From: Phallusia mammillata
Lineage: Eukaryota
Direction: 5' to 3'
Length of the DNA: 64,000 nt
NCBI GenBank assembly: GCA_965637545.1
Contig: OZ281496.1
Span: 3,162,001 to 3,226,000 of the forward strand
This document shows positions 25,179-36,195 of the stretch, piece after piece. Both the position numbers and the translations under genes were made by a program. How positions within the stretch are numbered: the first letter of the stretch is position 1; every line of letters begins with the position of its first letter. The notes below the pieces were generated by a model. That model saw nothing but the letters and a program-made list of their open reading frames with translations. It made no database searches and had not been told where the DNA came from.

Positions 25179-27095
25179 TACTGTGACCAACTATAATATT
25201 ATATTTGTTGCAAATGACTGTTTTGTCTACCGTCTCCCCAAATTGTAAATTTAAGTATAAACAGCGCCTTTTCATGTGGATAATTTCGCGCCTCGACAAG
25301 TTTGTTGAAAACGTCGGTAGTTCGTTTCGTGTGTCTAGGAAACTAGTGTCGTTTGTTTTTCAAGAAAATTAGTAAAGTGTTGTTAAATCATATGTAACCT
25401 GTTTCTTATTGCTGTGCACAAAAAGTCTGTCTGTAATTCGTGACCAAGTTGTTTTGTTTTGGTAAGTGTTGTTTTATTTGCTTGGGTATCTTTGTTAACA
25501 TTATGCCCCTAAACAGTGTCTTGTATTGTTAAACCTTTTGTTGCGACAATATGCCTGGTATAAAGTGTACTTTGTTACTTGATTGCTTGTCAACGAATAA
25601 CTGTTATAAAGTCCTGGCCAAAGTTTCGTTAAGACTGTTATATTGTCTAGACCGGCATTTTTCTATTGTGTTTATGCCCTGATGTTTCCCCAGTTTATCC
25701 ATCTAGTTCCCGTTAAAGTAACTACATCCTGCTAATTGAAGCCAGCAAAGGATTTGTTTACAAGTAAACTGTTGGAACCTTGTGTGGAGTGTTAGTGGGA
25801 GGAAGCCCTTAGTTGGCGCCTGCCAGGTGTGATTTTAAATATAATTTGAAGCACCAGAGTGGTCGTATCTACGCAAAGAGAATAATCGTTTCTACTGACA
25901 ACGGTTCATGTAAGCTGGTAAAAAATATTGCCAATTTCGTCCAGCAAACGGGAAATAAAAAAATCTCACATCATTTAATATCTCTAATTTTCATAGATCT
26001 TACATGCGAATTCTTGCAAAAATACTATATAACTGGTACCTGCTTTACAATTGGCATTACTCAGCTAATTCTTGGGACGACGAAAAAATCTTATTGATCG
26101 ATGAAAGACTTACCATTATGGCAAAACTCGTTTGTTTTTCTTGATGTTTTCTTGTTTTCTGTCACGTTTCTCGAAAAACATGAGCCCATAATTTTTGCAA
26201 AGCGGCCAGTGATACTTGTTTTCACTAAAGACAGGTACAAATTGCAAGCATATAAACCACTGAAACTAAACAGACTCTAGTCACAAAATGAAACAGTTTA
26301 AAAATTAACGTAACCGATGGCACTGTAAGATTCTTGAAATTAAACTGATTCAACGAAAATATGAAAGGATTAACTGTTTACAACGTTACAAAATACTTTC
26401 TATGCTAACCAATGCAAAATTGTAACATTAGTTGGACTGTAAAACAAAGTTTTCTCTTCTATCTGATTTTTTTCTAGGAAGAAAACTTACACCAACCATT
26501 TAACTTTAGTATCTTGCACTAACTATTTGGCATCTCGAAAACAATGGTTTAAGATCAGTTATCAACGCCATATTTCCTGTTTACTGTTTGCTATATCTTT
26601 ATACGTCACATTATTGCGTGGGTTATGCAAATGCAGCGGTTGACGTTCATGGAACTCAAAACAATGAGGCTTAGAATACCGCTGTGAATACATGAGCAAA
26701 CCAACCACTGGATTAAGCCACATCATAGGTTTCTGTAGTGTTACATGTCACAAAAGCTAAACAGACAATTGTTATACTACTCTACAAAGTATGTCAAAAG
26801 TCCAGAGTTAACATACAAAAAAACATAATTTACAACGTGGCATTGCTTTTTTACCGCAAACGAAATATAAAAACTTGGGCAAAATACCGGTTGGACATTT
26901 TTTGCCACACAAAATTACCTAACAATATGCAAGTTTTCTGTCTATAACATGAAATTCGGAATCTTTAAATATATTTTGTTACTGGAGTGATTGGTATTTA
27001 AGCAGCCCAACTGTCACAAATATTCTAGAACGCCCCATTACAATATCCTACGACCCAATTACCACGCATCACGGGTAATTTCTATACGTCTAGAG

Positions 27096-27292
27096 CAGGG
27101 GTGGCCAACCCTCTACATACCATTCGCCAACTTTTTAACATACTGTGTTGGATGCGCCATAAATGGCTCGTAACCCCACCTTCTATGACTACTTTACTTC
27201 TTGTATATTGACAGAAAGAGAAAAAAACAACTTTTGCATGAGAAGGATAGTAATAAGAAATAAGAACTATTAAGTAAAAAATAACTCTGATA

Positions 27293-27333
<41 letters not shown>

Positions 27334-27471
27334 ATTAATAGGGCTGGCTTACTTTATTTATTGATTAGTTTATTAATATGATTTTTATGATTATCAAAAG
27401 AAGGCAATGCGCTTTTTCTAATCATGGAATGCGCCACGTTTGGCGCAGGCGCCGTAGGTTGGCCACCACTG
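27096..27471. mobile_element. hAT-type MITE with internal (TA)n
   Basis: TIR caggggtggccaacc / ggttggccaccactg; perfect 8-bp TSD GTCTAGAG. Confidence 0.92.
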
Positions 27472-28869
27472 GTCTAGAGTCTATCGTTAGGCGCTATTGT
27501 GTTGTCATTGTTCTAGTGTGCCAGTTTCATCGCGTCGCCGTCGTGTGTTGCGGCGTTCATTGTTTATCTGTAGGAAATGGTCACAGTGAGTTAACGCCTT
27601 TTTCCCCAATCATTGTTACGCAAGCGATACAAGAGCCCCTATTTCACGATGTAAATAAGATAACAGAGAATGATACAGAACGTGATAGAGATAATTGCAA
27701 AGTAGTGCTGGATTGTTGTTTTTGTTGTTTTGATTACGTGTGGTTGGACGTCAATAAATGTAAAAGGAAAGGTTTCTTTTCGATTAGAGTACGAGCGTTA
27801 GCTGTGAAGGAACTTCCATAGTCAGTCTCAATCTGTTGCGTACCCGTAAAAACGGGAACGTGACACCAACTTATCAGTGCACAAAGGCCAGATTTCAACG
27901 CCTCTTTTCCTGTACGTTGTGTTGCGTCATTTAAAGACGTCACTAAACGCATGTTAGCTACCGCGCTCCTGTGGATTACCTAGCATGAATACTAATATTG
28001 TTAATAAAATCCGAATACCAATATATATGTGACAGGTGCTACGTATGTCAAACACACAATGACTAAACCTATTAGAAAAAAAAAATTATTCGTGTAACTA
28101 ACGTATGCCGTTATAAACGTCACAATAAATCTGTTCTCCAGGATCTATTGAAGGTTACAATCGGTGCTAAAGATGTGTTTGGTACCACAGGTTTTGTCGG
28201 TACAGTGCAAGTAAAAAAATTCATATCAAACTATTAGGAATAGAAGCCACCAAAACGACGAAATCGGTTTGATATTAATGCTGTATGTACACCATAAATT
28301 CGAACATAAATTTGGAATGCACGAATAATTGACAAGATCACATTGAAAAGAAGATATCTGAACATTATTTACTGCTGATCATCCGAACAAAAAAGGCCTA
28401 AACAATTCGAACTTGTTCGCTGCAGGCGCATGTTTAACGCTAAGCAATCACAGTGAGAGAGGTTGGTACAAACTCCTTAATACACTTTAGCAGCTTAAAC
28501 AAGCGTGGTGTATTTGGGCCAACTTTATTACTTTTGGTTGTTTTTGGACTTAACAACTGAAATATGTTCTACCGAACGAATGTTGCGTAACAACACTCTG
28601 CTTCATTTGTTTTTACAGACTGTCAAATAAAATATATGCTGGATATTGTTTTTAGACCTAAAAACAAAACTTTGAGAAAAAATAAAGCAAACTATTTTTT
28701 AGCATATTCTTAGATAAAGTTTTATTGTCCTACGAACACAACAACTTGAAGCAAAATGGTTTTATGAGATAAACGAAACTAAAAAACATTTTGACCTTTG
28801 AAGTTTGACAAGGAATTTTTTGTAACGCTATGTAAATGTTTGTTTGTTTTTCATTATGGCAAGCAGTAT

Positions 28870-28986
28870 TTATTTTAGGGTCGTTTCTGGTTGTAACTGC
28901 TTAACCTGCTTTCGACCTTCATTACAATCTATTTGTGTTGGTTGTTCTGCTCATATTATGGGTAAAACTGGAGAACGCATTTCGTG
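28870..28986 (-). pseudogene. Frameshifted terminal exon, small Pro-rich protein family copy F
   Basis: ARNAFSSFTHNM, then a 5-nt deletion relative to B, then AEQPTQIDCNEGRKQVKQLQPE. The acceptor is a weak GAG. Confidence 0.6.
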
Positions 28987-29535
28987 CTCAAAACAACCCT
29001 AGCAAAAAGTTGATGTTTACTCAAATCCACAAACTTTATTTAATTCAATTTTTCCTACCATTGAAACTGTGACGGCTTAATCCCCAACACACGAACAAAT
29101 CTGGTTCACAGAAAATACTACATTTAAACGGGATATAATTCTTGTTCAAAACATGGCATAGGGCAGTTTAAAAGTTTACAAAAATAAATCTAATACGGCA
29201 CTACCATACCAAAAAGATGAGTCGGCCAGATGTGTGTATGTTAAAATTTCTAATATGGTTACTTGTTTATTTAGCGTTGGCATGTTCTACTCAGAATAAT
29301 TACACAAGATTATTATGTAAAGCAAAAAGTGTAGATACCCATGCCTATCAAAGTAGTTTACGCGGCATATATGAGTATCGATGAAATGTTCGATTGCCTT
29401 TATAAACTAAAAGGTTTCCCAGGCCTGGTTTTGTCAATTATAAACTAAGTGTACGAATCAACATTGTCATCTTCGGTATCATCTGTAAATGTAGTGGGAC
29501 CACGACGAAGTCTTTGGATCCTCTCTTTGGGAACT

Positions 29536-29736
29536 ACTAACACCGAGATTTGGCTTAGGCCCGGTCTGAAATCGTCTGGAAGTGGCGCAATAGAGCATAG
29601 GTGTTTATGGTGCTGACTCAGCAATTATTCTTACCATAAACCCAAATTGCTGTAACAGCATCATAAACGTCTATGCTCCGTTGCGCTACCTACCAGAAGT
29701 TTTCAGACCGGGCCTAAGCCAAATCTCAGTGTTAGT
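29536..29736. repeat. ~200-bp foldback (near-continuous hairpin), MITE-like
   Basis: Outer arms actaacaccgagatttggcttaggcccggtctgaaa and its reverse complement (1 mismatch), inner arms, and cagcaatt/aattgctg closing an 18-nt loop. Confidence 0.9.
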
Positions 29737-30744
29737 TGCTCTACCCTGCTTACGACTGTCTTTACTGATTCGATGCAAGTAACATAGAATAAAAAAAAAA
29801 ACGATTTAAATAGTTGAATTTATTCCTAGATTTACAAAAACTAATCCAAATCGTTGAACTGCACGGAAATAATTTCCATTTTTGTATCCCACATTGCAAG
29901 CAACGAACGCAGAATATAATACCGCTGTGATCGAAGTGGAACCAAATAAAACATTATACTCACAGAATTTTTGTTACACTTTATTTACCTTTTCAACCAA
30001 AATCGTCATTCTCGAAGGAAATGTGAAATGTTGTGGTGTGGATAAAAAACAACGTAGTGCCAAGTGTAGTACATATTTCATGGATTTAATACCACAATTG
30101 CCTATATTTAATTCAAATTGTACTCAAAATGACACTTTTTGTAAAAATAGATTGTATTGTAACATATGTTATTTTGCAAAATGTATGGCGAATGTCAAGC
30201 TGACATTTTATTGATAATACTAACTTTATTTGGATAATGTTAAAGGTTAAAGATGGCATTTCATTTCAATTGGTTTATTGTTTATCCTTGTGTAAGTTTG
30301 AAAAACCACAACGATTCACTTACTTATTCCGGATGATTTTCTTCTTACAATTTTTAATGATTTTTTCCTAACCTCTGATAATTCTTCCATTTTCTTCAGA
30401 GATGCTTCTATATTCTTTAATGATCTTACTATTAGAGTCCATGATTCTTCAATATTCTTTGTTGATGTTTCCACATTATTTAATGATTCTTCCATTTTCG
30501 TTAATGATTCTTCCATTTTAAATCATTAATCTTCCTTTTTATATGATAAATCTTCAATATTCTTCAACGATGTTTCCACACTCTACAAAACAATCTTTAC
30601 ATATACTTTTTATGTTTGACCGGTGTATGTTTGAAGAATAAAATTTATGGCATTAATCGGCATTTTATTAAAACAAAATTAATAAATATTTTGTAATATT
30701 TAAAAAAATTTTTTTGAAAAAAGAATAATTATAATAAGTTATCT

Positions 30745-30951
30745 ATGGCGGAGCTGCAGCTCCAGTTTCGTGACGTTTTCAGTTGTGCGCATGCGCACTT
30801 GGAAAAGCTACATACCGGGCGAAATAGGCGAGAGGGTGCTGTGGCTCGCGCAGCCCCTCCCGTGACGTAGCGCTAGTTGTGTTGCCTGCTTCGCGTCAGT
30901 GAGCTCCAAAGCCAACCCCGTGTACTGTGCTTTTTAAGTTCGACAGTAAGT
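30745..30951 (+). promoter_or_regulatory. GC/CpG-rich promoter-like island ending in a splice donor
   Basis: NRF1 consensus TGCGCATGCGCA (30786-30797), YY1-like ATGGCGG (30745), two GTGACGT half-CRE sites, donor gtaagt at 30946. Confidence 0.5.
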
Positions 30952-32389
30952 GCAGTTAAAGAATTATTTTGCTATCATTAAATTTGTTGTTTGACTGTTA
31001 GTCGTGACTTTTTAAGATGACTGTAAGTGGGTTCCAGTTTTTACAGTTATCATTGAATTAAATAAGTGTATCTAACACCTTGAAAAAGAAAAAAAGGTCA
31101 TCTAACACCTTCAAAAGTCACAATTGACCTTTATAATAAATAAGGAAATTAAATTTAAAAAAACAACTGCAAGCAACAAGAGTTTTAAAATGAAGACAAA
31201 ACAAGAGTGAAGACAATTTAAAGTGTGGATTTCTTAACACACCATATGGACAGTATTTGCAACCAAGTGCAATCATGTGTATTGATATAATGGACATGTA
31301 CTGTTTGTCTAAACAGTAACTGCTAAATTGCTTCACAGGAAGTGTTTCTTAAGAATGATTATTCTACAGACAAGATAGTAGTGACACCAAGCACATCCTA
31401 TTGTTGACAAAGAACAGCTAGCTACTCAAAATGTTTCTGTAGATCTGATGTTCATGATTACTTTGAAAATAATTAATCTAGAGATGATGTTTTGACAAGT
31501 TAAACTACTAGGATGAAAAATCCTTTTTGCTGTTTCCATGATTCTTTCAAAGGCAAAACAGTTCTTTTTAACACTGACAAAGATGCCAGTTTTGCTGAGG
31601 AACACCAATATATCCAAAAGACTTGCAGTGCTAGTACTAAATAGAATAACAGTTCCTTAGTTATGATTTGGGATTAAGGAAGAAGCTATTATTATGCCCA
31701 AACTATAACTTCATGATTCATTTTGGTTGGAAAAAGGAAGAACCAGATTTAATAGTATGGTTTAAATTTAAGTGGGAGTGTCGTAAACTTTAAAGCTTGA
31801 AGGCGGTTTGAACTTAAAAAAAAATTTAAAAGCTATTTGCCAGCAAGCAGCAATTATTGCAGTTAAGAAACTAAAATACAATTAATAGTCTGTACACAAA
31901 AATTCAAGAAAGATGTTTAAATGAACAAGTTCTTAAACCAATGTAATGGGGTTGTTAAATTTGTTAGTTATGATACCAATAAAAAGCTGTATGGCTAGTT
32001 TTTTTGTGTGACAATAATCTGTGAAGTGTCATAGAATATGTTGAAAACGCTGACTGTGACTAAACTTACTTAAATGAAACATGACAATTTTTGTTGTCGA
32101 ACTGAAATTCCTGTTGTGTTTTACCGTATTTACAACCGCTTCGTTTCGGAGCTGTGCCACGTATGTTTTTGTTTTTCACATTATTACTGAACGTTATTGT
32201 GTTTAACCCGTCGCTGTACAAGTAAACAAAATACACAAATGATGCCGTCTGCTGTTTACACACGTGTACATTATTGCGTCACAATAAAATTACGTCACAA
32301 TGGGCAGCACCCCCACAAATTTTAGGCACGAGCCGCCACTGGTGAGCTGCTTTGTTTGCTAATACCTTTATATCCATCTTTGCACTTCT

Positions 32390-35300
32390 TTTATTTTTCA
32401 CGTTTTTTTGTTCTACACCAACCAAATAGCATCACATAAACCCTCTACGTCACATAACAATACCTTGTCATACAGAACAAAAAAATTGTGTGTCATATTT
32501 TCGAATATCAAACGATCAGTTCAAATATGATAGCTTAAACAGCCCATTTGGGCGAAATACACTATTGTGGCAACACTAGTACAGGATGTATGGGAGCATA
32601 CGCTTGCTATATTATTTGACTTTTAAATGGGCTTGTATTATTTAGTTTCAGAAACATTGTATGCAGTGCATAATGTAAACGGTCGTTCATATTATTCAAC
32701 TATTTCCCCCAACTCTAAGTCCTGGGTCCGACGATATGTTTCAACTGGAGTTTCCTCTCCGTTAATTGACTATTTCCGTTGCGACGTTAAAACGAAAACG
32801 TTTGTTGTAGTTGTTTTAAACCTTTTTCCTGGTGTCAGATATAACGCGCAATTTTGATAACTGCCAACGGCTACTCTCATTCATTACGTTTTTTTCGAAC
32901 TAAGCTTTAACAACTTAATTATTACGTCATTGCATTATTTCATTAATGATTTCCAGCTTCATCAATTCAACAAGTGAAACTTTTATTTGTAATTAATAAG
33001 AGACGGTTATTTGTTGCGTAAGTAATAACAAACAAACTAATACTGACATGCGACACACAACAATAAGTTCCCTATGAGATTGGATCAAAGAATAATAAAC
33101 TTTTGACCAGTGTAAACACGTTTATGGAAGGTTAAGTTCAAATCCTAATTCATTTACAAGAACTAATAATGATTTACCTCACACTTTTTGTTTATATTTA
33201 ACAATGTTTCACTTCATAATATTTAATTTGTATATACTTTGTCTACACGCACAATTTGTCTATATTTAACTTTAATTATGTTTTAATTATTTTAATTAAT
33301 AACACTCCCAAAACGCACCGCTACTTTTGTTCACTTAATTAACTACGGTCTCGCACCAGTGATTTTGACACCGGCTAGTCGCGCCTGCACATTTGTAATT
33401 GGCCGGTGAGGTCATGTTACTTTTGTGCTGCTATATTTCGTGGAAAATTTAGGGCATTTATTGCCTGGGCCTCATGGGGTTTGGAGCGTTTGCGTTGTAG
33501 TTACAAAACGTGGTCGTGTTGTGTTGCGTTGTGTTGTAACACTTTAAAACTTTGGAGATAGCCAATGTTCTTGCCATTTTATATTTATTATTTATATTAA
33601 AGTTGTTTTAGTTGTTCGGTGTGAACATTACGTCTTCGTCTTTAGCAGCAAACCGTAAGCGCAGGAGAAATCTAGCAAGTTAGGGCGGTGATCCTATTAT
33701 AATAGTGGATTGGTTTGGGTAAGCATACTTTGTTTAGCGGAAGTTAACCACCTCGCCTTTTTCTAAATCCTAGGCCAAATCCGGTATCACCTAACTAAAT
33801 TTGGTTGCAATTAAACCGATTTTTAATATTTTCACCTGAATCTAATGGTATCACGGGGGCGTTGTAGATGACAAAATGTCTGCTTGTGCTGGAAAAGTCT
33901 CTGGCAGGTTCGACCGATCGTCAGTTCACCAGTTTGATTACTTCCTCTTGTTGTTGAGCTGTAATTGTGTCGTCATTGGCGTCGTGTCGCAAGTCGCGCT
34001 TGATTAAGAAATGTCAGGCAATGGTAAGAAGCTGCAGCTTATCATTTAATGGCTTGATGCTTTTACATTGATGCTGTGACACTGATCCGATCTCACTTTG
34101 GTTCCCAAGCAGTTGCTTGGCCACTGTGAGCCAGTTTCCTCTGTGTTGTATGTCCAGTTCTGGCATCGCACAGACTAGGTGAGGCATGGGTTTTTACCTT
34201 GTTACTCCCAGCAAACTGGAGTGCCGTTGGGTGGCTAGTATCAACGCAACATGTTTGTGCGAGCTTCTTTCTTAGCAAATACGTTTATATTAACGAAATT
34301 AGGAGAAGTGGTACTAAGCACAGTTTTCAACTTGATATCGATTTTCGTTTTTTTTTTTATGAACCATGATGAACAAAACTAATGTTCAGATACTATCTTG
34401 GAATGGCAAAATGTTGTATTGTTTTTGCAGCTCAAACTGTTTCCTGGCATAATAAACAAAGTGGTAATATACATATTTGCACCCTCATTTGTATGTTGTG
34501 TCGTTCAGTTGTACACCCACCAAGTAGCATCCCACAAACTCTTTACGTCACGCAGCACGGCAAATGGCAAATAAAATGTGTTATATTTTCGAACTTCAAA
34601 ACATGTATTTTTGTAAGTTGGTATATGTTGGTTTAAACCACCAAATTGTGTGAAAGATGCCATTGTGGCAACTCTGGTACAGGATGTATGGGAGCATAAC
34701 CTTGTTATACTGTTTTACTTTTAAATGGGGCTTGTATTATTTAGTTCCAGAAACATTGTATGCAGTGTATAATGTAAACGGTCGTTCATATTGTTCAACA
34801 ATTTCCCCCGACTTTAAGTCCTGGGTCCGACGATTTGTTTCTACTGGAGTTTCATCCCGGTTCATTGCCCATTTCCGTTGCGACGTAAAACGAAAACGTT
34901 TGTTGTAGTTGTTTTAAACCTTTTTCCTGGTGCCAGATATAACGCGCAATTTTGATAACTGCCAACGGCTATTCTCATTTATTGCGTTTTTTTTCGAATT
35001 AAGCTTTAACCATATAATTATTACGTCATTGCATTTATTTCAATAATGATTTCCAGCTTCATGAATTCAACAAGTGAAACATTTATTTGTAATTAACAAC
35101 AAACAGTTATTTTTTGATTAAGTAACAACAAACAAACTAATACTGACTTGCGACATACAACAATAAGTTCCGTATGAGATTGGATCAAAGAATGATAAAC
35201 TTTTGGCCGGTGGAAACACGTTAATGGAAGATTAAATTGAAATGGAAAATCATTTCATGAACTAACAAACATTTCCCTCATACTTTTTGTTTATATTTAA

Positions 35301-36065
35301 CAACGTTTCACTACATAATATTTAATTTGTTTTTACTTTGTCTACAAGCACACTTTGTCTATATTTAACTTTTCCCAAAACTACTTTTGTTTACTTAATT
35401 AACTACTCTCTCGCACCAGTGATTTTGACGTCGACGAGTCGCGCCTGCACGTTTGTGAATAGCCGGAAAGATCATGTTACTTTTGAGCTGCCATATTGTG
35501 TGCTATACTTAGGGCAGTTCTTGCCTGGGCCTTGTGGTGTTTAGAGCGTTCGCATTGCAGCTGCAAAGCATGACGGTGTTGTGTTGTAACTTATTGAAAC
35601 TTTGGAGATAGCCAACGTCCTTTCAATTTTATTTTTATTATTTATATTAAACTTGTATTAGTTGTTCGGTGTGAACATTACACGTTTGTCTTCAGCAGTA
35701 AGTCGTCAGTGCAGGAGAAATCTAGAAAGTTAAGGGCGGTGATCCGCTATAATAGGGGATAGGGTTGGGTAAGCTTACTCTGTTCAGTGAAAGTTAACCA
35801 CCTCGCCTTTCCCTAAATTCCTGGGCCAAATCCTGGTTCACCTAACTAATTTCGCTTACAATTGTACCGTTTTTTAATATTTTTACCTGAATGAAATGGT
35901 ATTTCGGTGGCGTTGTAAATGACCAAAATGTCTGCTTGAGCTGGGAAAGTCTCTGGCAGGTTGACCGAACGTCAATTTACCAGTTTGATTGCTTCCTCTT
36001 GTATTTGAGCTGTAATTCAGTCGTCATTGGCCCGCGTCGCAAGCTTGGCGCTTGGTAAATAAATG
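32390..36065 (+). repeat. Diverged ~2.1-kb-period tandem duplication, each unit carrying a decayed copy of CUB-ZP2 intron 1/exon 2
   Basis: Units about 32390-34030 and 34490-36065 align throughout. Their first ~400 bp match about 36900-37290. Confidence 0.85.
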
Positions 36066-36195
36066 TCAGGAAATATTGAGAAGTTTCATGTTTCCAACCT
36101 AAGTGCCACTATACCCAAATATGAAATGTTTGTTGTAGGGTCTTCAGATTTTAGGCAGTCAGTGGTATTATTGTTTATTATTTTCAAAGGGAAAA

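Noticed and set aside
27378-27821. 147-aa ORF
   Set aside because: Starts inside a hAT MITE, crosses its end, and shows no recognisable domain or splice pattern.
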